Assembly: GCA_965223545.1 (NCBI GenBank)
Contig: OZ245006.1
Location: 4,512,001 to 4,576,000, forward strand
Length of the DNA stretch: 64,000 nucleotides
Source: Planctomycetota bacterium
GTDB taxonomy: Bacteria; Planctomycetota; UBA1135; UBA2386
Direction: 5' to 3'
Program-made: the position numbers and the translations under genes
The notes under the pieces: generated by a model
Databases searched by the model: none
Told to the model about the DNA's origin: nothing
What the model saw: only the letters and a program-made list of their open reading frames with translations
Shown: positions 51,727 through 61,034 of the stretch, piece by piece
How the letters are laid out: the number at the start of each line of letters is the position of its first letter
Numbering within the stretch: the first letter of the stretch is position 1

Positions 51727-52598
51727 GCGTGCACATCACCGGCGGCAAGGGCTTCTTGGGCAACTATATCGCGCGCTCGCTGGGCGCCGCCGACGTCGAG
51801 GTGTCCGACGTCGACACGCTGGACGTGTGCGATCTGGCGGCGGTGACCGAGCGACTGATGGCATCGCGCCCCGCTGTGGTCTGCCACTTGGCCGGCCTGA
51901 CCGGGGCGAACGCGAGCCTGGCCGATCCGCGCCGCTTCTTCGAGGTCAACACGACCGGCACGCTCAACGTGCTCGAGGCCTGCCGGCGCGCCGAGGTCGC
52001 GGGCTTCGTCTTCATGTCGAGCCTGACGGTGCACGGGCAGACCACCGCACCGGTGACCGAGGACTCCGCGTTCGCGCCGCGCCACCCGTACGCGGGCAGC
52101 AAAGCCGCCGCCGAGCTGGCGGTGCGGACCTACGCCCAGTGCTACGACCTCCGCTGCGCGATCGTGCGTCCGACCCTCATCGCTGGCGAGGGGCAAAAAG
52201 AAGGCAACGCGATGAGCGACTTCGTCGCCGCCGCGCTGCGCGACGAAACGATCGAGCTGTTCGGCGACGGCTCGCACGAGCGCGAGTGGCTGCACCCCGA
52301 GGATGTCGGCGACTGCGTGCGTGCGGCGATCGAGTCGGTCGCCGCAGCCGATGGCCCGGGCTACGAGGCGTATCTGGTCAGCTCGAGCCAGCCGGTCAGC
52401 ATGGCGGCGCTGGCGCAGAAGGCGATCGACGCGGTCGGCAAGGGCAAGCTGGCGTTCCTGCCGTCGACGCGACAGGCGTTCAGCCTGACCACGGCCAGCG
52501 ACAAGGCGCGCCGCCTGCTGGGTTGGCAGCCGCGGTTGTCCTTCGACGACATTTTGGCCCGGGTGGTCGAGATGACGCAGCGCGGCGACACCGTATGA
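51717..52598 (+). CDS. NAD-dependent epimerase/dehydratase
   Basis: TGGKGFLG, HLAG, N..GT.NVLEA, YAGSK, GDG...R. Confidence 0.85.
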   Translation: MAVSVHITGGKGFLGNYIARSLGAADVEVSDVDTLDVCDLAAVTERLMASRPAVVCHLAGLTGANASLADPRRFFEVNTTGTLNVLEACRRAEVAGFVFMSSLTVHGQTTAPVTEDSAFAPRHPYAGSKAAAELAVRTYAQCYDLRCAIVRPTLIAGEGQKEGNAMSDFVAAALRDETIELFGDGSHEREWLHPEDVGDCVRAAIESVAAADGPGYEAYLVSSSQPVSMAALAQKAIDAVGKGKLAFLPSTRQAFSLTTASDKARRLLGWQPRLSFDDILARVVEMTQRGDTV

Positions 52599-52635
52599 CC
52601 ACGATTGAGGATTCCACCACTGTGAGACGCAACCG

Positions 52636-54288
52636 ATGACGACCCACCCCGAGAGCGAGGCCGCTGTTCCGGCTTCGGATTCGAATCTGCTCGTGACCTT
52701 GGCCGTGCTGCTCGTGGGCCTCGGTGCGGCCGCGTTCACCTATCTCGTCGTGACGCCACAGTACGTCATCGACGATGCGTTCATCGGTTTTCGCTACGCC
52801 CGCAACCTGTACGAGAGCGGTGAGCTCGTCTTCAACCTCGGCGAGAACGTCGAGGGCTACACCAGCTTTCTGTGGGTGCTGATCTCGGCGCTCGCGTTTC
52901 CGCTCGGCCTGGAGCCGATCCACTTCGTGCAGGGCGTCGCCATGGTGGCGCAGTTCTTGACGATCATCCTGGTGTTTGCCACCGGCCGCCGGATGGGACG
53001 CTCGCCGTCCCGGTGCCTGCTGGCGACCGTGCTGGTGGCGACCCACGTCGGCATCCTCGCCTATCCGATGACCGGCATGGACACCTCGCTGGTGACGATG
53101 TTGGTCACCTGGAGCCTGTTCCTCCTGGCCCGCGGTCTCGACCGCTGGCGCGACTCGCTGCTGCTGGGCATCGCCCTGAGCGGCATCGCGCTCACCCGCT
53201 TCGACGGCTTCGTCCTGGTCGGGATGGTGCTGAGCTACCTGCTGTTGTTCCGCGCCCGCACCTTGCTCCGCGCCGCGCCCGCGGTGCTGATCTTCTTGGC
53301 CGCGATGGCTGCCTACCACTACTGGCGGCTCGAGATCTACGGCTACGACCTGGTCCCCAACACGGCGCACGCCAAGGTGCAGTTCGGCCGCGACCGGCTG
53401 GTGCAGGGGATGGTCTACCTGATGAAGTTCTTCCGCGAAGGCGCCTACCAGTTCTTGGTGCTGGTCGCGATCGTGCCGTTCCTGTTGGGGCGCGTCACAC
53501 CCTTCATCGGCCTGCTGGGATGGGTCGGCATGTGGCAGCTGGCCTACACGATCAGCGTCGGTGGCGACTGGATGCCGTTCTTCCGCTTCATGCTGCCGGT
53601 GGCGCCCGCGCTGCTGCTGTTGGTGCAGGAGGGAGTGTGGTCCGCACGGGACGTCGGTGCCGGCCGCGAGCCGTCGCCGCTGCTCGGTCGGTTCGCCACC
53701 TTTGCGATGGTGACCGCGCTGTTGGCCTGTAGCGCCGTCAACCTGTGGCACGGAGCGTTCGGCGGCTATCGGCGCAGCGAGCCGTTCGCCTACGGTCTCA
53801 ACGGCGAGACGTTCAACCACGACGACTGCGAAGTCATTGGCAAGCACATCGACGAGCACTTCCCCAAGGACTGGTTCTTGGCGATGGAGTGGGCCGGGGT
53901 CATTCCCTTCTGGGCGCACCAACGGACGTTCGACATCCTGGGGCTCAACGACGGGGATGCGACCAAGAAGGAGTACCGGGACCAGTTCCCGTCGTCGCAG
54001 ATCGGCTTGATGCCGACCGCCGAGTTCATGGTTGAGCAGAAGAACCCCGATCTCGTCGTGGTTTCCGGCAAGCTGTACGACACCGAGGAAGAGGCGCTGC
54101 AGTGGGCCGAGCACCGCATGCGCGGTGGCAACGAGGATCGGCGTGGTGGCCGCTGGTCCAACGGCTTCTACGGCGTCCTCGACCGCGAGCCCTACCAGTA
54201 CCGCGTGGTCACGACCGTGATCGGCGGTCGGTATTGGCCGTTCCTGCTGCGCAACGATCGCGAGGTGCCGGTCCCCGCCGGCGGCTGA
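52636..54288 (+). CDS. Multi-pass membrane GT-C-type glycosyltransferase
   Basis: DDAFI.FRYARN...G.LVFN.GE.VEGYTS, TRFDG, PNT..AK, GGDWMP..RF, DILGL.D. Confidence 0.7.
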   Translation: MTTHPESEAAVPASDSNLLVTLAVLLVGLGAAAFTYLVVTPQYVIDDAFIGFRYARNLYESGELVFNLGENVEGYTSFLWVLISALAFPLGLEPIHFVQGVAMVAQFLTIILVFATGRRMGRSPSRCLLATVLVATHVGILAYPMTGMDTSLVTMLVTWSLFLLARGLDRWRDSLLLGIALSGIALTRFDGFVLVGMVLSYLLLFRARTLLRAAPAVLIFLAAMAAYHYWRLEIYGYDLVPNTAHAKVQFGRDRLVQGMVYLMKFFREGAYQFLVLVAIVPFLLGRVTPFIGLLGWVGMWQLAYTISVGGDWMPFFRFMLPVAPALLLLVQEGVWSARDVGAGREPSPLLGRFATFAMVTALLACSAVNLWHGAFGGYRRSEPFAYGLNGETFNHDDCEVIGKHIDEHFPKDWFLAMEWAGVIPFWAHQRTFDILGLNDGDATKKEYRDQFPSSQIGLMPTAEFMVEQKNPDLVVVSGKLYDTEEEALQWAEHRMRGGNEDRRGGRWSNGFYGVLDREPYQYRVVTTVIGGRYWPFLLRNDREVPVPAGG

Positions 54289-54487
54289 GCTGGGTCGCGG
54301 GCCGGTTTCTCGAGAAAGAGTGAGACACGAAAGGCCCTTCGGGACCATTACCGGCATGCCTGACTGGCACCCTTCCCGGCACGCCCGGGAGGGTCGAAGG
54401 AGGGTTACGTCGCGTTCTTTTCGTCCCCTTGGCCAGTGCCAGCTCCCTGGCCGATGCCATCGGACCCGCGGATAACCCAAGCCGGCA

Positions 54488-54530
54488 GCCACCGTTCCCC
54501 GAACTCGAGTCGCCTCCGGGGAACGGTGGC
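54488..54530. terminator. Strong hairpin between convergent genes
   Basis: GCCACCGTTCCCCG...CGGGGAACGGTGGC, 14-bp perfect stem; only a short U tract follows. Confidence 0.5.
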
Positions 54531-54544
54531 GGCCTCTGTTTTGG

Positions 54545-55093
54545 TCAGTCGCCGCGCACCGGAGTACCGGTGAGGATCAGGTCGGCGGCCGCGGCCAGGT
54601 CGTCGACGACCGCGTCGGGGCGGGCGCCGTGGTCCCCATCCGCCCCGCCGTATCCGGTGCGAACCAGAATCGTGCGCACGCCCGCGTTGGCGCCGGTCTG
54701 GACGTCGACCGTCTTGTCGCCGACCAGCCAGCTCTGGCCTCGATCGATCTCCAGGTCCGCCGTCGCGCGGTCCACCATGCCGGGGCTGGGCTTGCGATCG
54801 GGGTGCCCGTCGTCGGGCAGCGCGGGGCAGTGGTAGATCCGGTCGATGGCGACGCCGTCCGCGGCGAGCAAGCGGGCCATCTTATCGTGGATGCGCTGCA
54901 GCGTCGCCTCGTCGAAGTAGCCGCGCGCGAGCCCGCTCTGGTTGGTGACCACGACCAGGAGGAAGCCGGCGTCCTGCAGCCGGCGCAGCGCCGGTCCCAC
55001 GCCCGGCAGCAGCTCGAAGTCCTCCGGCCGCGACAGGTAGTGCACCTCGTGGTTGATGGTGCCGTCGCGATCCAGGAACACCGCCGGCCTCAA
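54545..55093 (-). CDS. gmhB: Heptose 1,7-bisphosphate phosphatase (HAD)
   Basis: FLDRDGT, VTNQSG, CP, RKP.PGM, VGDK..D; TTG start overlapping the gmhA stop. Confidence 0.9.
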   Translation of the reverse strand: MRPAVFLDRDGTINHEVHYLSRPEDFELLPGVGPALRRLQDAGFLLVVVTNQSGLARGYFDEATLQRIHDKMARLLAADGVAIDRIYHCPALPDDGHPDRKPSPGMVDRATADLEIDRGQSWLVGDKTVDVQTGANAGVRTILVRTGYGGADGDHGARPDAVVDDLAAAADLILTGTPVRGD

Positions 55094-55662
55094 GACGCCA
55101 GCTCCTGCTCGACCAGCGAGCACAGGATGTGGCCGATCATGATGTGCGACTCCTGGATGCGCGGGGTCTCGGTCGACGGCACCTTGAGGCACAGATCGCT
55201 GCGCTGCTCGAGCGCGCTGCCCTTGGCCCCGGTCAGCCCGATCACGAACAGCCCGCGGCGGCGGGCCTCGTCGCAGGCGGCCAGGATGTTCGGGCTCGAG
55301 CCGCTGGTCGAGATGCCGACGAACACGTCGCCGCGCACGCCGAGAGCCTCGACCTGGCGCCGAAACACCGCCTCGATGCCGTAGTCGTTGGTGAGGGCGG
55401 TCAGCGCCGAAGTGTCGGTGGAGAGGCTGATCGCCGGCCACGCCGAGCGCTCGACCAAGTAGCGGCCGACCAGCTCGGCGGCGATGTGCTGCGCGTCGGC
55501 GGCCGAGCCGCCGTTGCCGGCGAGGAGCAGCTTGTTGCCGGCGCGCAGCGCGTCGGCGACCAGCCGCGCGGCCTGCAGGATCTGCGGTGTCAGCTGGTCG
55601 GCGACCGCCTGTTTGACGCGGATGCTCTCGGCGATCTGGTCTTTGACCTCGGTCTCGTGCAT
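55090..55662 (-). CDS. gmhA: Sedoheptulose 7-phosphate isomerase
   Basis: GNGGSAADAQH, NDYG, ISTSG.S.N, RIQE.H..IGH. Confidence 0.95.
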   Translation of the reverse strand: MHETEVKDQIAESIRVKQAVADQLTPQILQAARLVADALRAGNKLLLAGNGGSAADAQHIAAELVGRYLVERSAWPAISLSTDTSALTALTNDYGIEAVFRRQVEALGVRGDVFVGISTSGSSPNILAACDEARRRGLFVIGLTGAKGSALEQRSDLCLKVPSTETPRIQESHIMIGHILCSLVEQELAS

Positions 55663-55770
55663 GGGACCGCCCAGTGTAGCGGGGGCCGAGGCCGGCGATT
55701 TTTTTCTTCGCGCGCGCGTGCGCTCGCCGCGGTGCCGGCAGTCACCAGGGACCGAAACCAAGGAAATCAG

Positions 55771-57258
55771 ATGAACGCCAACTACGCCAAGATCCCCGCC
55801 CTGCTGACCGCCATCACCGCGAGCCTCGCCGCGCAGTCGCCGACGACGTTCCTGTTCAGCCCGCTCAAGCCGGCCGAGTCGCTCAGCGGCTCCGGCGGCA
55901 CCGTCCTCGGCCAGCTCAACCCCGCCTCGGTCGACCAGGTCACGCCGGCGCCCGGTGGCGGCTACTCGGCCGAAGCCTTCATCAAGGGCATGAGCTGGCA
56001 GACCATGGTCGGCGACGAGGACGGCGACGGCGATGTCCACAGCCCGTTCGTGTTCCGCGGCGTCGACGCGGTGCTGGTCAAGCCGTACCGGATCGATCGG
56101 CAGGGCTCCGTGCAGCCGCGCAACACTCCGGTCACGCCACTCGACACCTTCATCTCGCCGGTCGCCGATCTGGGCACCAACGTGAGCGGCGCGCCCGGCC
56201 TGCGCCGCGGGGACTGTGGTGCGGTCGTGCGCAACAGCGCAGGCAACGGCCAGATCGAGCACTTCATCACCGCCGATCAGATCGTCGACGCGTTCGGCAT
56301 CATCGACCGCCAAACGCGCCAGCGGCTCGATCCCAAGGAGCTCAACCTGGACGCGATCTGCGTCGATGGCCGGCGCAACATCTTCTTGTCGTTCGAGGAG
56401 ACCCAGATCCTGACGCTGATCGTCTCCGGTGCGCCGGCGACGATCGCGGTCGCGGACGGCGCGGTGCTCTGGTTGCCGCCGGCGGCGTGGACGTACGACG
56501 CACGCGGCAACGTGGCTTCGGTCGTCGCGCGCCGCGGGCGCGTGGCGCTCAGCGAGTTCGATGTCGACGCGCTGGTGACGGCGGCGGGCATTGCCGACTT
56601 CGCGGGCGGGTGTCCCGTCACCATCGGCGACACGGACGCCCTGGCCATCGACCGCCGCGGCGGCTCCTTCACCGTCAACTGGGGTGGCACTGCCTACTCG
56701 GCTCCGCACCTGCTGATCGGCGGTGAGACTCTGACCAACGCCGGCGTCATCGCCACCGCGGGCGGTGGCACGATCGGCGCGGCCAACGGCGTGCCGCTGG
56801 CGGCTGCGTGCGGTGCCGGCACCACCTCGGGACCGCGGATGGGCTTGTCGCCGCTGCAGGTCACCAGCCTCGACGGACTCGATAGCCTGGCACGGGCTCC
56901 CGGCCGCTTCGTGATGGGCAGCCCGACCCCGACCGGTCTCGGCGGCGCTATCGAGGTGCACATCGGCACCAACCAGCCGGTCGCCGGAGTGTGGCTGTTC
57001 TTCGGCCTCGGCACCCTGCCGGTGTCGGCGTCGATCGACTTCACCGCCATCGCCCCCGGGACCTCCTGCTTCCCCGAGCTCTACCCCGCCGTCCTGGCCG
57101 GTGGCCCGATCTTCGTGCCGACCGCCGCCGACGGGTTCGGCAACCAGGTCGGCGTCTTCGGCCCGGTGCCGTCGCCGGTTCTGCCCACCGGTCTGCTGAT
57201 GCAGGCGGCGGCCTGGACGGGGAGCGTCCAGCTGAGCACCCCGATCACGCTGCACTGA
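55771..57258 (+). CDS. Secreted hypothetical protein
   Basis: AAGGA RBS; signal peptide ending LAAQ; D.DA-type repeats; conserved C-terminal domain. Confidence 0.7.
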   Translation: MNANYAKIPALLTAITASLAAQSPTTFLFSPLKPAESLSGSGGTVLGQLNPASVDQVTPAPGGGYSAEAFIKGMSWQTMVGDEDGDGDVHSPFVFRGVDAVLVKPYRIDRQGSVQPRNTPVTPLDTFISPVADLGTNVSGAPGLRRGDCGAVVRNSAGNGQIEHFITADQIVDAFGIIDRQTRQRLDPKELNLDAICVDGRRNIFLSFEETQILTLIVSGAPATIAVADGAVLWLPPAAWTYDARGNVASVVARRGRVALSEFDVDALVTAAGIADFAGGCPVTIGDTDALAIDRRGGSFTVNWGGTAYSAPHLLIGGETLTNAGVIATAGGGTIGAANGVPLAAACGAGTTSGPRMGLSPLQVTSLDGLDSLARAPGRFVMGSPTPTGLGGAIEVHIGTNQPVAGVWLFFGLGTLPVSASIDFTAIAPGTSCFPELYPAVLAGGPIFVPTAADGFGNQVGVFGPVPSPVLPTGLLMQAAAWTGSVQLSTPITLH

Positions 57259-57340
57259 CGGACGATCGCTCCCCCCCGACGTGTGGCCGGGCGGTAAGCT
57301 CGGGCTGCACGTCGATTCGCGTACACCGCCGCGCAATCCT

Positions 57341-57931
57341 TTGGAACTCGACCAGAGCCAGCAGCTGATTCGCCGCGCTCAGACGCGCGACCGCGCGGCG
57401 CTCGAAGCGCTGTTCGCGCACTACGCGCCGATCGTGCGCCGCGGCCTCCGCCGCGCGCTGGGCGAGAGCTACCGCCGCCTGCACGGTGACAGCGAGGACG
57501 CCGCGCAGGATGCCCTGCTGGCCGCGTTTGCCCGCATCGAGCACTACGAGCCGAGAGCGGACGCGACGTTCGCGGCCTGGCTGCTGCGCATCGCCGAGCT
57601 GGAGATGCTGCAGCGGCTGCGCGCCGCGCGCCGCGACAAGCGTGGCGGCGGCGCCGTCGGCGCGCTCGACACCGCGGTGCAGGCGGTGCAGCCCGACGGC
57701 GGGGACACGCCGACCCAAGTCGCGCGCGGGCACGAGCTCGAGCAGCGTGTGCGCGCGTGTCTGGCGCGCATGCCGGAGCGCGAGCGCGCGGCGATCGAGC
57801 TCAAGCGCTACCTGCAGCTGGACACCGGTCAGATTCGCGAAGAGCTCGGCCTACCCAGTGATGGCGCCGTGCGCGCGCTGGTCTCGCGGGCGCAGGTCCG
57901 GCTGGCCGAGCTGCTCGACGACGACAGCTGA
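57341..57931 (+). CDS. ECF sigma-70 factor
   Basis: DRAALEALF, D.ED..QD, F.AWL..IA, region 4 HTH. Confidence 0.85.
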   Translation: MELDQSQQLIRRAQTRDRAALEALFAHYAPIVRRGLRRALGESYRRLHGDSEDAAQDALLAAFARIEHYEPRADATFAAWLLRIAELEMLQRLRAARRDKRGGGAVGALDTAVQAVQPDGGDTPTQVARGHELEQRVRACLARMPERERAAIELKRYLQLDTGQIREELGLPSDGAVRALVSRAQVRLAELLDDDS

Positions 57932-57946
57932 TGTGCCGGCGCCGGC

Positions 57947-59248
57947 TCAGGGGCGGGCCAAAGTGATCCGGTGCGGCGGGGTCGCTTCGGCGAGTCCGCT
58001 GGACGGCAGCAAGAACGACTGCAGCCATAAGACCTTGCCGACGAGACTCTGGTTGGCCGGGATCGGCAGCGGCTGGCGGCCGTAGCCGGTGGGCCCCGCG
58101 GGCGTGGCGGCGATCGGCGCGAAGGTCAGGGGCGACAGCTCCAGGGCCCCCAAACCGATCGAGGGCAGCGCGATCGAGCTCGGAGCGCGCGCCGTCGACA
58201 GCGCGGTGAGCCAGACGTTGGCCGGACCGCCGATCTGCCAGTTGTAGAAGCTGAGGATCTCAGTCGAGCCGATGCGCCAGCGCTGGCCGGTGACGAACAG
58301 CTGTGGCTGTGGCCACAGCGGATTCTGCTCGGCCCGCATCCAGCCGTCGTCGGCCCCCAGGGTGCGGACGTCGGAACCCTGGCGACAAATGCAGGTGATC
58401 TCGGTCGGCGACAGAATGCCCGAGGGCTGGTTGTGGTAGGTCAGGCTGGAGGCGGCGGCGATGAACGGGCTGGTCTCGTCGGCGGCCGTGTTGCGTTCGG
58501 CGATCGCCAGCGGTTGGCTCCACACTCCGGTGTTGCCGTCGCGCCACGCGACGTAGAGGTCCGCGCCACCGCTGCCGCCGGCGCGCCGGCTGCTGAACCA
58601 GAGGATCGAGCCGCCGGCCTCGGGCGCGGGGCCGTCGTCGTCCGCGGCCGGATCGTTGATGTTGGGGACCGGTTGCACCTGACCCCAGGGCGAGCGGCGG
58701 TTGCTGCGGCGCGCGGAATGGATGTCGCTTTGACCGCTCGAAGCGGCGGCGAAGAACATCGTCAGCCCATCGTCGGTCAACTGCGGGTCGCGCACCGCCA
58801 CTCCGCTCGGGCTGACTTCGTTGACCAGCACCGGCGTGGACCACGGCGCGGCCAGACTGTTGCGCCGGCTGACGAAGATCGACCGCGGCCCACGCGCGCT
58901 GCTGCGTCCACTGGAGAAGTAGAGCTCGAGACCGTTCGCGCTCAGCGCCGGTCCGTCGTCGTCCGCGCCGCTGTTGACGTTCGTCAGCACCCGCGCCGGC
59001 CCCCACGGCGCGCCGGCCAACGGCCGGCTGGCCGTCCAGAGATCGAGGCCCCGACTGCCGGGTCGGTTCGAGGCGAACACCGCGATGGTCTCGTCGCGGT
59101 TGAGTGTCAGGTCCTGGACCGCGCTGCCGGTCGGGGTGCCGAACCGCACGGGCGTCGCTTGGGCGAAGAAGGTGCCGCTCTGCGCGCTGACCGGAGCAAG
59201 ACCGAGGAGCGCGCTGGCGGACCACAGCAGGGAGCGGGGCATGGCCAT
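57947..59248 (-). CDS. Secreted PD40/TolB-like beta-propeller protein
   Basis: Repeated D.GP.LS..G..L.F.S.R.G..G.DL; signal peptide ending VSAQ. Confidence 0.8.
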   Translation of the reverse strand: MAMPRSLLWSASALLGLAPVSAQSGTFFAQATPVRFGTPTGSAVQDLTLNRDETIAVFASNRPGSRGLDLWTASRPLAGAPWGPARVLTNVNSGADDDGPALSANGLELYFSSGRSSARGPRSIFVSRRNSLAAPWSTPVLVNEVSPSGVAVRDPQLTDDGLTMFFAAASSGQSDIHSARRSNRRSPWGQVQPVPNINDPAADDDGPAPEAGGSILWFSSRRAGGSGGADLYVAWRDGNTGVWSQPLAIAERNTAADETSPFIAAASSLTYHNQPSGILSPTEITCICRQGSDVRTLGADDGWMRAEQNPLWPQPQLFVTGQRWRIGSTEILSFYNWQIGGPANVWLTALSTARAPSSIALPSIGLGALELSPLTFAPIAATPAGPTGYGRQPLPIPANQSLVGKVLWLQSFLLPSSGLAEATPPHRITLARP

Positions 59249-59361
59249 GATGGTGTCTGGCCAACGTAGCGCGGCGGAGTGTTGTCGGTCAGCCCCTACG
59301 CCCCGGCTACAGTCAGTGTGGGGCGCGGACCCGGACGGCGTGTCGAAAGTCCAGCCCACAG

Positions 59362-61026
59362 TCAGCGCTGCACGAAGACGCCGTTGTTCTGCCGCGCCAG
59401 CTCGCGGAGGAAGTCGGCGCCCAGTCCCTCGCCGGTGAACACCGTGTGGATGCGGACGCCGCGGTGGCGGTTGATCTCGCGGACCACGGCGAGGATCGCG
59501 TCGGTGTTGCGGACGGCTCCGGCCGAGGGCTCGCCGTCGGAGAGCAGGAACACCTCGTCGATGCTGGGCTGGGGGCCACCGGGCCACGGTCCGCGCTCGC
59601 CGTCGAGGACCGCGACCAGCGCATCGAACACGTTGGTGCCGCCCTCGGGCTCGAGGCGGGCGAGGGTCTCGGTCAGCGATCGGCTGGCGCGGTCGGTCGG
59701 TGGCACCGGCTTGCGGTTCCAGACCAGCGCGTCGTTGGCGAAGGTGTAGAGGTGGTAGCGGGTGTCCGGGTCCATCGCGTTGACGGCGGTGGTCAGCTGT
59801 TCGCAAGCCGCGGCCAGCCGTGAGCGTTGGCGCTGGGTGGCCGTCGTGCCCTGGCCGGTCGATCGCACCGCCTTGCGCATGCTGCCCGACGTGTCGACGA
59901 CGAACGCGATCTCGACGCCGGTGATCGGCACGCCGAAGAACGAGGCGCGCGTGCCGCCGGCGCGGCGGCGCACGGGCTTGAGCTCGAGAGTGTCGCGCTC
60001 GCGTTGCCAGAACTCGGCCCACGCGTCCGGCGCGTCGATCGGCAACAGTGCGCCCAGCAACCGCTGCAGGGCGTGCCAGGCGCGGCTGCGGCGCACGCGC
60101 TGCGCGCGGGCGTTGACGGTCTCGACCAGGGTGTCGGAGTGCTCCTGGCGCAGCAGCCCGATGAGGGCGTCGATCGCCTCCGGGCAGGGGTGTTGTTCGC
60201 ACAGCTCGACGACCGCCAGATCGGTGCGCCAGCCGGCGCGGCCGAGCACTCGCAGGCAGCGGCGCACGAGCTGCCAGCGCGCGTCTTCGCCGAGCTCGGT
60301 CGGTGGCCGTCGCAGCAGCGCGCGGGCGCCGCGCAGTAGCATGGCGGCGACCACCGGGTGGCGCTCGGTCGCCAGCGCACGCCCCAGCACCGCCGCGCTG
60401 TGCGCGCTGCGCATGCGGCCGATCGCCTCGGCGGCGGCCAGCCGCAGGCGCGGGTCGCCGGCGGCCAGGTGGCGCTCGACGATCGGGCGGAACACCGGCA
60501 GATCGCGGTCGGCGAGCAGGCGCAGCGCCGCAACCTGCACGCCGACGCGCGTGCTGTCCCCGGCGCCGTCGTCGCCGCGGGCCGCCCGCAAGACCCGGTC
60601 CCAGGTCGCGGTGTCGGTGCGCTGCATCAACGTCCAGTGCGCCCGGTCGCGGACCGCGATCGCGCTGCTGTCGAACAGTCGGCGCTCGTAGCCGGCCGCG
60701 CACAGCTGCAGCACTGCCTCGGTCACGGCCGGGTCAAAAGTGTGTTCGGCGGCGCGCAGCAGCCGCAGCAATGCATCCTGCTCGGTGATCCGCAATCCGG
60801 CGGCGAGGTCGGGGAGCGCCCTGCGGTAGTCGTTGCGCGCCGACTGCGATGCCAGGTCGTGGACCTGCAGCGTGTGGTTGTCGAAGCGGTCGGACCAGTG
60901 CTGCAGGGCGTCTGCGAGCGCTTCCGCGTCGACCTCGACGGGCGGCGTCGGGGGACCGGAGCCAGCGGGACCCTGGCACGGCAGGACGGCGGCGAGCGCG
61001 GCGATCGCGGTGGGCAGGGCGCGCAT
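59362..61026 (-). CDS. HEAT-repeat + von Willebrand A domain protein
   Basis: RLAAAEAIG HEAT repeat; FFGVP...FVVDTSGSM, GGTN, FLLSDG.P MIDAS. Confidence 0.85.
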   Translation of the reverse strand: MRALPTAIAALAAVLPCQGPAGSGPPTPPVEVDAEALADALQHWSDRFDNHTLQVHDLASQSARNDYRRALPDLAAGLRITEQDALLRLLRAAEHTFDPAVTEAVLQLCAAGYERRLFDSSAIAVRDRAHWTLMQRTDTATWDRVLRAARGDDGAGDSTRVGVQVAALRLLADRDLPVFRPIVERHLAAGDPRLRLAAAEAIGRMRSAHSAAVLGRALATERHPVVAAMLLRGARALLRRPPTELGEDARWQLVRRCLRVLGRAGWRTDLAVVELCEQHPCPEAIDALIGLLRQEHSDTLVETVNARAQRVRRSRAWHALQRLLGALLPIDAPDAWAEFWQRERDTLELKPVRRRAGGTRASFFGVPITGVEIAFVVDTSGSMRKAVRSTGQGTTATQRQRSRLAAACEQLTTAVNAMDPDTRYHLYTFANDALVWNRKPVPPTDRASRSLTETLARLEPEGGTNVFDALVAVLDGERGPWPGGPQPSIDEVFLLSDGEPSAGAVRNTDAILAVVREINRHRGVRIHTVFTGEGLGADFLRELARQNNGVFVQR

Positions 61027-61034
61027 GCAGCCTC

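Noticed and set aside
54300..54360. c-di-GMP-I riboswitch-like GAAAGAGTGAGACACGAAAGGCC
   Set aside because: Lacks the upstream GCAAA/P2 stem and has no downstream same-strand gene
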